DNA from: Klebsormidium nitens
Taxonomy: Eukaryota > Plantae > Klebsormidiophyceae
Reading direction: 5' to 3'
DNA: 64,000 nt
Assembly: GCA_000708835.1 (NCBI GenBank)
Contig: DF237145.1
Span: 69,468 to 133,467 of the forward strand
Shown here piece after piece: positions 36,901 through 47,619 of this stretch. Position 1 is the stretch's first letter. Every line of letters begins with the position of its first letter. The notes beneath the pieces were generated by a model. It did not search any database, was not told the origin of the DNA, and was given only the letters and a program-made list of their open reading frames with translations. Both the position numbers and the translations under genes were made by a program.

Positions 36901-39229
36901 TGCACAAAAGTATCTGAAAGCTTAGCCTACGCCATCTTTCAAACGCGCGTTCCTGGGAATGACAAAAATCGGGCCTAAGAAGGGCGTCAGAAACCGCGCC
37001 CTTCCCCGGCGGTCCCTGTGCAGTACTTCCTGCTTTGGTGTCGCCAATGAATTGCTCACGTGGTGGCCTCATTCGGCGACTAAGACCACGACAAGAGGGC
37101 CATCTGGTCGCCGCGCCGTTGCGTATCCCGGGACGTTCGGTTAGGAGTGGAGAGTCTAGAGAGACCTACCTGGAAGATTGGCGACATTCGGCTGCCGTCT
37201 GCGTTCTTTGCGAAGAGCAAGCTCTTGGAAACCTTGACGGCGCCGAGATCCGTTGCGAGCCAGAGAGCGTCCGGGTCACGTGGGCTGCAGGAAGGTCTCA
37301 TTAAGCACGTCAGCCATCCATGCAGATTTATCTGCACGATTTAGATGAGTGTTTAATAAGGTGCCTGAATGACAAAGAGATGGCGTAGCACAACGGATGG
37401 TTTCTGCAGCATTTCCTCAGGATTGAGGCGGGACGAACCTGTGAGAGGCGGAATTAATGTGAAGCTTCTGATTTAAGAAGGCTTCAGTATAAGAGGAGAC
37501 AGCTTAGACAACCGCACAGCTTGTTTGAGTAGCAGACGCATTGGAGCGCCAAGGGTATTAATCGTCGCCATCTCTCTTGCTTTGCTGTTTGGAGTGCTCC
37601 ATCCGCAGCCCAAATTCTTTTCTATGTAGGCTCTATCCATACTCGGGACTATTTCATCGTCGTTCCCTTTTCCCCCGTTCCACGCGTTCCAAGTCGTTTC
37701 TCAGTTCCGCTGATCCTCGTTACGTCCTCATATGATCGAATGAAGAGTTTTGGGCGCCCGACGCTATGCTTTTAAGAAGAGAAGGCGAGACGGCCGCTAG
37801 CAGTCACGGCCCCTGAGAACCTTTTGTAGGTTTGCTTCTCATTCCGTCTCTAGTTGCGTGTCCGTTCAGGCTCCCGCAGAATGACGGAACAAGTAGGACG
37901 GATCACGAAGACCGGAAAATAGCGGGCGATCCAGCTGCTCACCTGAGCTGGAGATCGTTCACGCGACTGAAAGCGGGGAGGAACGCCTCGCTGGAGCTTC
38001 CGTCGAAGACGGCCAGCCCTCCGTCTCGACTGCACAGATTCGACGGGCACGGGAACGTCTGGTAAATTACCAGGAGTGATTGCAAGCCAGGACTCCGAGA
38101 GTGCTTGATCTGGCAGGACAGGTATGAACTAGATGATCCACAAAGCCATATTCCTTTGAAGAATTTTTGTCCCCTAGCTTTTGAAACTCAATATAGCCAT
38201 CGAGAGACACTGTTCTGCACCTGTGATTGGCGTGGATAGATATCGAGGACCACGTTCCACAAGTCGCCCACAAGGAAAGGTTTGAGTTGACTGACGATCA
38301 TTCCATAGAATGAGTACAGACAGTTGTTGCCGGTGAGTGCTGGATCATCCCTAAAAGGTGGGTATGTACAACTTGCTGCCGGAAAGTCTGCGTGTTGTTA
38401 AGGAAGAGGACACCGACGAAGCGGGTAGTTCAACTCACCTGCCAACCCAGAGCCGTTCCTGGCCGTCGATTCGCAGCACGTTCACCCGGTTGTGCGGTAA
38501 CCCCTGCGCTGTGCCAACGTCACTCCACTCCCCGACCCGCCAAGAGCACTCGGGGGTGTCGTTTTCCCCGAGCAACATCCTAACTAGATCGGCCCCCCCG
38601 AGAGCAAGTCGGGAATGCAGAGACGTGAGGCCGGGGTGGGCGATGGAGGCCTTCGTTCGACGTCCCTTGGAAGGAAGCGGACATGGGTTAAGCTGGGCTA
38701 GAATGGGTTAAGGTGGGAGTGGGGGTTTGACAGCGGGACAACGGTTGATTGGTGAGAGATTCTGGTATAAAGAAAAGGCTCCCATCAAAAAGGCAATTTT
38801 GCAGCATGCGATTCAATGCTTTTCCCTCGCAAGTACGTCTTTGATCATTCGCAGGTTTGCACCAATTCAATCCTGGTGCCATAAGCTGCTAGCACAGGGT
38901 AAAGATTTGTGGGAGCCGAGTCAAGGAGACTGCGTTAGCGTGATTTTGGACCAAAGTCACTAATGGGTTCACGACCTGGTGAGGACCTCGTTCCGAAAAG
39001 CTAGTCAAGGGTCCGACCAAACGGTCATTCAGAAGTCCCTGAAATCCTCAAGCCTTGCTACGTCATCACTTTCAGCAGCGTATTCACCTCCAAACATGCG
39101 CGTCTCAGAAGCAGAAGGAGCATTTGAAGAACTCACTTCCCAGGCTGCTGCCGACACTGTTGGCTCTATCGCCGTCGCATGGGCGACGCGCGGTGCTATC
39201 AATCCCGCAGCCGCCAATGCGGCGGCCAT
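21932..39229 (-). CDS. Single-pass receptor adenylyl cyclase-phosphodiesterase: signal peptide, Reg_prop-type beta-propeller repeats, Y_Y_Y-like domain, TM, class III cyclase, class I PDE
   Basis: About 30 exons, most joined in frame by manual splicing; one or two sensor-region junctions are unresolved. The first exon MAAALAAAGLIAPRVAHA (39229-39137) ends at a GAA|gtgagt donor. The last exon 22078-21932 ends at TGA. Domain evidence is in the four sub-features below. Confidence 0.85.
25286..28219 (-). CDS. Class III adenylyl cyclase catalytic domain of the receptor AC-PDE
   Basis: DLLLNILP...ASILFVDIKNFT (metal Asp 1); HAVFDSIVGRHGGE|KIKTIG|DGYMAACGLP (ATP-specifying Lys, metal Asp 2); ARFGVNTGPVVAGVTG|TRKFIYDIWGDTVN|VASRMETNG (ATP-specifying Asp, catalytic Asn and Arg); IHIKGKG. 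Confidence 0.92.
25482..25834 (-). other. Putative U12-type (minor spliceosome) intron with variant termini (AC...AC), inside the cyclase NxxSR motif
   Basis: Minus strand reads GTC AAT|ACATCCTCC...TTCTCCTTGAC-ACGATATGACCGCAC|GTT GCC AGC CGC ATG. The 5' end matches RTATCCTT at 6 of 8 positions. The branch site TCCTTGAC has its A 16 nt from a CAC 3' end. I found no GT-AG solution that restores VNVASRME. Confidence 0.65.
26260..26860 (-). repeat. Echo copies of both ends of cyclase exon 26740-26565
   Basis: An acceptor-side copy lies at 26800-26855, offset 112 bp. Donor-side degenerate copies lie at ~26430-26490 and ~26262-26325. Confidence 0.8.
26761..26783 (+). repeat. Short telomere-like tract (TTTAGGC TTTTAGGG TTTTAGGG) at a duplication junction
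   Basis: Directly visible, but only ~2.5 units. Confidence 0.4.
28532..29950 (-). CDS. Y_Y_Y-like domain, transmembrane helix and signalling helix of the receptor AC-PDE
   Basis: Exons give ELDIRPVDHELPGCNPAYAYRIL and VEIVGADVHHKYFEPLTVRFEIIPPW|W, matching the I-x-PPW end typical of Y_Y_Y domains. The TM segment VLALVALLVGGSAAAACWYAV (28694-28532) is followed by SMEETNRQLAEGKRKAD. Confidence 0.65.
28620..29240 (-). repeat. Echo of the TM exon 5' part (28740-28795) and a ~45-bp unit x6-7 array derived from the Y_Y_Y exon donor region (28940-29240)
   Basis: cagcacgccgcggcc(g/a)cgctgccgcccaccagc occurs twice. gacggt.acgcta/ctgt.acttctcaccaagggg-type units recur up to the true donor at 29218. 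Confidence 0.7.
30340..38665 (-). CDS. Extracellular beta-propeller repeats of the bacterial two-component-regulator (Reg_prop) type; part of the receptor AC-PDE
   Basis: At least 11 blades of the GL-x-x-N-x-V...D-x-x-G-x-LW-x-GT type, including GLPHNRVNVLRIDGQERLWVGS, GLPSSNVEAVSVRPTDGTVWFATE, GLRPSTCTAIKADTAGNTWVGH, VFTLTRHRDGVLWAGSESG, GTVWVGTDQG, GCIWVGTDSG, GLPDPDVHALVNDDIGRLWAGTQMG and GLPGNDVRSLGVNSRGIIWAG. Confidence 0.85.
30920..31330 (-). repeat. Three copies (offsets 147 and 151 bp) of the acceptor plus first ~105 nt of propeller exon 31024-30838
   Basis: GGCGTCAAC...GGCTGCAACGGCGA...CTCAAGCAGCACGACC starts at 31024, 31171 and 31322. Confidence 0.9.
33930..34130 (-). repeat. Duplicated exon end plus donor (ITESPQ|gt) in the receptor AC-PDE gene
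   Basis: acctgaggtgactcggtgataca occurs at ~33930 and ~34088. Confidence 0.8.
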
Positions 39230-42147
39230 AAAAATGGAAGAGAGGATTCGTCCTGCCCAAATTTGAATCAGGGTCAAAGTCGAAGCTCCTGCCGAAGTGC
39301 CCCGTTGACTATCAACCGACCCGGAAAACGAGCCCGGTTTGCCGCCATGCAGTCCTAAAGAGGGGAGTGAGAACTTTGGGAAGCTTGACAGATTGCCCCT
39401 GACGTCGCTGGTAGTGGTGCTTGTGAGAGCGACAAGTCTAGTGCAGAGGACACGAAGAAGTGAAGCGGGCGACGACTTGATGGCCGCTTGAGGCAAGAAT
39501 GGATCACTGGACCTCTCATTTCCAATTCGGAAGGAGCAAGTACAAGAAGAACTATAACCAGCACTGCCAGCTTGCTGTGATAGAGGGGTAATAGTGTGAG
39601 TGGATAGCATCCCGTTATCACCCAAAAGGCAACGGATATAGTTTTGTTGTCCGTAGAAGTATTTCTCTTCTCCGGTATCCACGTGAATGCTCCCCCCATA
39701 TAAGATGCCCATTCCCCCGCGACGCGCCCATTCTGCTGGTCTTTGCCGCCGCTTGCGCATCTGATCTTGCAGGGGCACGCCAATGAAGTTTCGCCCTGAT
39801 TTGAGCCCTCCCCTTCGGCTCCAAAAGCTCCTCCCCTCAGCACAACATGTCCGGGTGCTGTCAATTCTTCTGCAAAGATTGGTCTTTGTTCCCCCCGGGC
39901 CAACCGGCCTCCATAACGGGGGGCCCAAACCCCTCCCTGTGATGCCCCCCCCGGAGCTGCACTCGCGGCAGACACCGCTTCTTATAGAGGCGGAGCACGC
40001 AACAATGCCGGCCGGCCATAAAGCAAGAACAAGAATCTGGGAGTAGGCCATAGACTATCTGTGGTGATGTAAGTAGCCGGCCCAACCCCCCTCCTCCAAC
40101 TTGGACACATTGGAAGGTGCTCCCCTATGATGCACTCTTGAAGGGCAGGTGTTGCTTGTAGGGTCTTCACCCTCTGCATGGAAAAGCGGGGCGGGACTCA
40201 AATCAGAAGCCAAAAAGATAAAGGCCAAGAACTCCTGATTTCCATTATTACCTGGTGTACCTGAAGTACGTAAGCATAGCAACATAAAGCAACAATTTTC
40301 GAAGAGCTACGCCTGCAGTGAACATCATTTTGCCCAATCTGGAGTGGGCAATGAGCACATTGGAGAAACATTCTGCTCGTCAAGCCAGAGGGGCAAAATT
40401 GGTCCATAACTTGTTGTCAGCTTTGTCCTTTTGGGCTGGTGAAAAGGTGGTATGCTTCTGTGTGAAAACAGGATGTAGTAATCTACTACCTGCACCTCAC
40501 CCCGTCATCCTTTTCTCAAGGGGCGTCTGGGGCTGAGCTGTTTTCCATTTAGCAGCATTTATTTCCAGCTTGACACCGGACATTTTGCAAGGCTGTCTCC
40601 GCTGCTTTCATTGAATCGCCTATTTGAAACACCAGGTTACTATTTCAGCTGCCAGCCGGCATAAGAATTCTTGAGCTCTAGTTTTACATGCAACTGTCAT
40701 CGAACAGGATGCCATTGAGTGCTGATTGCTTTAGACCTACTTACCTGAGGCAGGAGGCCCGGTGATCCCTCCAAAGAAGCAGAACTTCTGTGTCCCAGGT
40801 TATGAACAGATTTGGCTGGGCAGTTTAGTTCAGGGGCTTGGAGTGTTCAGTGCAATGCAAGCGGGAGAACCTTCTGAAGTTGGGAAAGAGGTACGTTTTC
40901 CATCTGCCATTGCCTTTGGTGCTAAGCAAAGTGCAAGCTGGAAAGATCTACAAGTCTGAATCAGGCGCCAACCAATCAAATACACCTACCGTAGTAGCTA
41001 CATCTTTAATCTGCAGCAGCTAAGTATCTGTCCAACACAGCCCTGTAAACCTGCAATGATGAGAGCTTGCCAGTTGATAAGTTGGCCAGTCGCTCGCTCA
41101 GAGCAGACTGCAGCGCGGCGGGCGGCCGCCCGCCGGGCGCCCGCACAGGTACTTCAAATCCTCTCCGTACAATCTGCGGTTGACCGATGCCGTCAAATGA
41201 TGCATGCGGCACAGAACCTACCGGTATGAAGGGCTTCCACCTCAGCATCCCGCAGATTTGACCGATGTTTTCGGACTCACACGTATATAAGGGCAGTGGT
41301 GCTAGCAAAAATGCTGTTGGATAAGTTAAAGCAAATCCGCTGCAAATTGCAATCCACCTAATACAACTGAAATCACAGCAACCGTTTGCTGCTGGAACGG
41401 TATACTCATTCCATATTCCACGACACCTACATAAGCGGTGGGCGGTAGGCTGACCCGGGGTGGGTGTGTGCTGTTGAGTAACCGAGCGCCGTACAGCAGT
41501 TGAACAGAGACAGGATCTTGGCCGTTGGACTTCATCGGACGGTGCTGAAAGCCATGCTCAGAAGGAGTCTTGAAGGATTAAGCAATTAGCAGATTCAGCA
41601 CAGTTACTCGTTCTATGCTCCCGAGTCCCGGTCACTGGACAGTTCCGAAATGACCGGGCGGCCGGAAGGAGCTAAGCAAGGAGTTAAAGGAGTACGGAGA
41701 AAAGTTGTGATTGGCCGCGCGACTCCTTTGCATCTTCTCAAAACCAACTTGGCTCTCTTCTCAAGCCAGCTCTGATGAGAAAGTCATCCAATTCGAGCGC
41801 TTCCTGTTGGCTGAGTTGGTCCTTTTTAGGCAAGCAACTTGCACATCGAAAGTGCTCCCAAAGCGCTTCCTGAAAAATGGTGAATGCAGCAAGCGGATCA
41901 ATCGTTTTCTTTTCTTCTTTGGTGCTCATCATGTAATCAGCTGTAACAACCAGTCTCAGACTATGATCGAGCAGAGAGACGAGGTTTGAGAATGTCGCAA
42001 AAAGGACAAGTTCGAAGCTCCGGTTTGCTGGGGTTTTACTTTACATCATAGCGCCATCGCTTACAGCAATTGGGGTGAAGTTCCGGGGTGCAGTCTTAGC
42101 TGGTGGTCCTTTGGGTGGCCATCACTGCTTAGCGGCATGCACCTCAA

Positions 42148-45100
42148 ATGTCAGGATCTACTAGTCCTGATGCATGGCAGACTTTCTGTCAATTGACTTG
42201 GGGACGCACATCGCGATCAGTCACCATGGCAATTGCACAGTTGGTACCAAGAGGGTCCTTGGCTTGCCGCCAAGACTTGCTGGCGTCACATTACATTGCA
42301 AGCAGAGAAATACACTGGAGATCATCCAACTTCACCAGAAGATCTCAGCCACTGTCGGAAACAGGGCAATGCGCGCCTTTGATTGCAAGAAGAACGCAGC
42401 TTGCAACGTTCTCAGCAAAGGGGGCATCATGGAAGATTGGCACATCAAAAGCCACAGCTCAAACCGAAACCCAAGTCGTCTGCCCAGGTCCAGATACTGA
42501 TGAATTGGGGACATATACACGGGTCTTGGCAAAACGCCAGCTTTACCGGCAGAGAGGACGTCGCTCAAAATGCCCAGCCAAGCGTCGACCAGCGCCCACC
42601 TGGGCTGCGGAAGGTGGCACCGCGCAAGTGACCTCAGCGGGACCCGGTGCTGATGTCATCCGAGGTGAGCATCTAAACCCTCCTGTTAAGGTGACTCTCC
42701 AATCAAAGTGTATTCCTTTGTCAGCTTAGACTGGCCATGCCTTGTTTTTCTTTAGCCTTGGAAAGTAAGGTTCTTTCATCCTAAACTTCTTGAGATGTGC
42801 GGAAAGTTCTCAGGAAGGTGTCAGGCGCATCTCTCGATGAATAGGTTGAAGTAGCGACGTTTTGCGTTCTCGCCGTGCATTCAAGCAGGCTATATTGGCC
42901 ATACTCCTCCCTTTGGTCTTCCCGCCTGGCAGTTCACAGTTCAGCCACCTTCGCATTGCAGGCCGCACCTAGTTCTTTCAACAGTCCATAAGTGATGAAC
43001 AGTCTTAACTGACGCAAAAGCCCATACTGGCCTGGATCCAGTACCAGTATCTGCAACCCAGGGCCACCACCTAGCCCTGCGACTCAGTCAAGCAACTCTG
43101 CTTGTTGCCAAACCTTTCAGCAAGACTCTTTCGAATGCTATTACAGAGGCGGATGCATCTTATTTCTTGATTTGTAGCAAACATTCGCTGCTTAGATGCC
43201 CTGATCGGTTGCTGCAGGTCCATGCACGCACATTGCAAAAGGAACTTTCCTTTCTGAGAACCAACGGAAGGAGGTCGCTGAAGTGTTTGCACATCATGGG
43301 GGCAAGTTGATTCGTTCGGGACAGCTTCTCCAAGCGCTAGCGGCGATCGGAGAACGCTGGTCGAAGCAAGAGGTAAAGGAATGGATCTGTTGCTTGTGAC
43401 GAAGGTTGTCAGAGTTCATGAAGCACCCTCCGACTGGAGAAAATCCTTCTGTTGGCCATCTTCAAAAGTCAGCCGCTCCAACTCCAACCACGCCAACTAT
43501 GGAGATCCTTGCAGGGCAATGAGCGCTCAAGATTCCAAGAACAGGCCTGTGTGGGCACATCTGTTGAAAAGGTTCGAAAGGCAAAGAGTCGGAGGATACC
43601 TGTCAAAGATACAAGACAGCAATGCCGAGTGGGAGGGTTGATTTGCTCACTTCGTTCCGTGAAGCAGCTCGATTTCCAGCCCTTTTGACTAACGGCGGTT
43701 CAGATGTTGGAGAATTGGTGATACTCGACGCAACCAATTTTACCATCAGAAAGTGTGCTTTGAATCGGGTTGTGATCTAGTTCCATTGATTCGACCCTCT
43801 GCCAACGCGTGTCAATAGTTAACTCGATCCGATGCCTGATCGCTCTGTTAAGCCAATGGAAAAGTTTGTTCGTCCGAAGCAAGTCTTTGCTTCAACGTCC
43901 AGGTTTATCTGTCTTGCTTCATCCTTCCCCCGTGCCCTCCATCGAAGGTCTGCCTTTGCTGCGGCTTTCAGACTGTTCTTAAGCTGGAACCGCTACTTGT
44001 CCAAATTCCCATTTCGCTTTCCACACGGGCAAGTTTCTCAGTTACTGATATCAGTCACAGTCCCCTAAAACATACTTCCACGCTCTAAACTGGAAAAACC
44101 TCGTCTTCTCGCTGCCTTATCCAATCCTGCGACCGTTTCGCAGGCCGAAAAAGCGCTGCACGAAGCAGGGGGATCCCTCGACAGCGTCGATGCCCTGGAC
44201 CGTCTGCTACATGACGTCAGCGCCGCGGCGACAGCTGTCCAAATGTGCCTTCCCGGAAACGAGGAGAGTACCAGGGTACTCCGCCCGCTTATGTCCCGGC
44301 GGGTTTATAAGCGGGGGGAAACGCTGGTCAACCAGGGTAAGGCTCGTTCGAAACGCTCTAAGCTTTGTCGCGGAGTTGCTGAGGAGTCCAGCAAACCGGA
44401 GACTCTGGTCCGACTAGAACGGATTTGCGGCAGCAAAAGCACACTCAAAACCTTTTGAAGCCCTGTCTGCACAGCCGGAGAGTTGTTTGCATATGATGCG
44501 AGAGAGCAAGCGACCGACTTGGACCGCTTAAGCAGCCGTCTCGTCACAAAGGCTCGAATATGTTCTGCAAGAAAACCAAGGACCAACTGCGTTTTCAAGA
44601 CAGAAGTCGGAAGCCTCTTCTGTAGCTCCAACTCGATTCACTTCTGAACGCCAATCCGTCGCCCCCTTTCGCAGGCGAGATCGGAACGGAGTTCTTCGCC
44701 CTCGCGGCGGGCTCCGTGTCCGTAATCAAGGACGGCCAACGGATCGGGGGGATGCGCGCCCCGGACTACTTTGGCGAGCTCGCGCTTCACACGCAGGCGC
44801 CCCGGGCCGTCACCATACAAGTAACGCTCAAGCTCTTGCCCAGCTTTGCGTTACATTCGGATTTCTCTTTGGTACTGCCGCTGAGGGCTTCCGGCGAGCT
44901 CGCGCTCCACATCCAGCCAGTCCGGGCCGTCACCATACAGGAAACGCACAAGACCTACGCCAAGCTGGGCATTATGTTCAGAGTTCCCTTTCAGCACTGC
45001 CGCCGAAATTTGCCGAAGAGCTTACGCTCCGCACAGAAACGCTCCATTCATGTAATGTACGGACTGCGCTAAGAGCTTGGCCTTACGCTTACGTTCGTTG

Positions 45101-47290
45101 CGCGAGTTCTTCTTTATTCACAGGCGCCCCGGGCCTTCACGAGACGACTAAAATACGAGGTAGCCAACGGGCCTGGCGTTACATTTAGCTTTTCTTCCCA
45201 ATCCACCAATTGAACATGAACTCGCGCCTAGGAGAAAGACATGCGCCAACAATACTGAAGAGTCAAGTGGACGTTTTGAGTTCGCTTAATGGGGCCCGAA
45301 CGGCGCCTACCCTTGTCATATGCCTGTAATGCTTTTTGGCTTTGATTCCGCGCGCTTCCGGCAGGCCGCCGATGACGTCACAGTGTACGTCTTGCGGGAA
45401 GCCGACTACGCGAAGCACATCAAGGAGCAGAACGCGGACAAGCGCGCGAAGTACGGCGCGTTTCTGGCGTCCGTGCCCCTTTTGAGTGAGCCACGTGTCT
45501 TAGGCCTGGCGATAGCATATGATGTGCTGCAGCTTATGAATGCTCCGAACCGCCACGAGGTCTGTCCTCAGTGAATGCAATTTCGAGAGGAGTATGGAGA
45601 AATTTGTGATACTCTGTTCTTTTCTGGACGAACACACAGTTAAAAATTGACAGCGGCTGTCTCGAAAACGCTCTGCGATTGAAGGCGAAACATAGATTCC
45701 ACATGAAGCAGCGCTATTGAACCTTCAGTCCCGTCTTTAGTAGCCTAACAGGGAACCTTACAATCTGCTCAAGCTGTTACGCGTACGGGAGCACCAATTT
45801 GTAAGACCCTGAATCCCGAGCTTTAGTAGCCCAACCCTAAATCAGACGAATCAGAAGCCACATTTTTCTGGCCTGCCAGAGGACATGGAACCGTACGACC
45901 GACTGAAGCTGTGCGACGCGTTGAAGGAGCAGCAGTTCCAAGACAACGAGCTCATCATTCAGGAAGGAGAGGACGGCGCGCGCATGTACATAGTTACCGA
46001 GGTAAACCCACTCTTAACCAAGGGTTAACCGCCTGCATTAAAGTACGTCGTTAGGAAGGACAGGAAGGGGCGCGTACCGTGGTACGTCTGTACACGACAT
46101 ATTTACGAAAATGAACCCATCTTAACCAAGGGTTAACCGCGTGCTGCTCACAAATCTGCAGGAAACCAGGAACCTTTCCGTTTGCAGACGTGTTAAAAAC
46201 GGAGTCTGAGGACGGTTTTTCACGTCAGCACGTTTGTCTTTGCAGGGGGAGGTCGTCATCGTGAAGTCATTTGACAGCAAGCAGCCGGTGCAAGTGGCGG
46301 TCATCAAACCAGGTGGGTCTCATCGCCGTTTTCTCTGACGTGGCTCCGTCTCTTCCGCGTGCTCTCGTAAATAGCACACACACGTTCAGGGAGCAGCCTT
46401 TCTCCTAAGATCTGCCTTAAGAAAGTAGGGCAGTTTAGAAAAACGTTTGAATCTCTGGGAGTCACCCGACGAGTTTTTCTCGAGGCGCTCGACTGTGCCA
46501 AGCCAGAAAGCTCAACTTCGAAGCCCGCAGTGTTTGCTTAAAAGCCATCTAAAATCCTGATTTACCGCCCACGTTAGGGGAAGTCCGCTGTATCAAGATT
46601 GGAAAAGGGTCATCTTCCATTTTGAGAGCGAGCGGCGAGCTCCGGAGCCGCCAGACCGTCTGCTTTGAAACCCCATTCGGAATTCTGAACCCCTGACTTA
46701 CGACACAATTCGCTTATGGAATCTCGTTGGATAGCGCTTCATCGTGAAGAGCGAACAGCCAGCTGATGAGCTTCTTCTGTAGATGCATTGAAAGAATCGA
46801 AGCTCGCGACCATGATCTCCGCTCAACCCTCTGAAACGACCTTGTTCCCAAATTCCTTGGGCAGGGGGTTTCTTTGGAGAGGCAGTCCATCGTGCGCGGC
46901 GAGCTCCTGAGTTGCTGAACTATCATCGCCCCTTCTGTGAGCTTTTGCCATCGAACCTCGTTTTAGTACGTCTCTTGCGCAGGCGGCTTCTTTGGGGAGC
47001 GTTCCATCGTGAAAAGCGAGCGGCGCGCCGCGAGCGCGCTCTGCCACGGCCCCGTCCAGTGCGTGTCACTGGACCGGCTCTCGTTCCTGCGGATGCTGCA
47101 AAGTCAGGCGACGTCCGGTATCATCCAGAATTCCGTCAAGGGATACCGGACTGCGGCGGACGCTAACCAGGCGAGCGAACGCCCGTCATCTTCCCGTCCG
47201 AAATCTCAAATCTCAAATCTGCTCGAGATCATGTCCTTTCCCACACCAGTTGGGTCTCCGAAAGACAGCGTCTTTAGGAAGCTGCCCTAG
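42148..47290 (+). CDS. Tandem cyclic-nucleotide-binding (PKA-regulatory-subunit-like) protein with an N-terminal transit-peptide-like segment and degenerate EF-hand-like lobe; no kinase domain
   Basis: In-frame exons: 42148/42226-42664 (S/R/A/T-rich leader); 43218-43372 QRKEVAEVFAHHGGKLIRSGQLLQALAAIGERWSKQE; 44143-44335 ...YKRGETLVNQG; 44676-44820 FGELALHTQAPRAVTIQ (CNB-A cassette); 45364-45484; 45880-46000 LKLCDAL...LIIQEGEDGARMYIVTE; 46246-46312; 46984-47170/47290 FFGERSIVKSERRAASA (CNB-B cassette). Confidence 0.8.
44780..45145 (+). repeat. Donor-side echoes of the CNB-A phosphate-binding-cassette exon end
   Basis: ggcgagctcgcgct...ccgggccgtcaccataca occurs at ~44773 and ~44894, with a partial copy at ~45120. 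Confidence 0.75.
46010..47040 (+). repeat. Intronic echoes around CNB-B exons
   Basis: cttaaccaagggttaaccgc (near-palindromic) at ~46011 and ~46121. Degenerate copies of tccatcgtgaaaagcgagcggcg lie at ~46616, 46738 and 46886, before the true copy at ~47002. Confidence 0.65.
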
Positions 47291-47619
47291 ATTAAGCGGG
47301 CGGCGTCGGCTTGAAAACTTTGCGCAATCGTACAGAGTTTCTCTTCTCTGGATGTATCCAACCCCTGTTTGGAACAGCACTTAACACCTTTCTGTGGACA
47401 GGCCAGCTTGAGACTCTCTCTGAACACTCCTTTTTCGAATTCTGAAAACTTAGGCTCGTTCGGGCGGCATCCTTCGCACATCTCGCTCAAAGAAGAGGAC
47501 CCAGTTTGTTTTCTTCTATACGGATCTGGAGGTCCTGCTCTGGCGACTTCCAAAGCAGCGGACACGCTTGTATGTCGCCCTTGTATGTCGCCATTTCTGA
47601 GCGTTCTTGACGCTTGCAG

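Noticed and set aside
47171-47290. Read-through C-terminal tail of the CNB protein (ASERPSSSRPKSQISNLL...KLP stop)
   Set aside because: Not accepted as certain coding sequence because it is low-complexity and starts at a plausible GC donor. It is kept only as the alternative to the fusion model.
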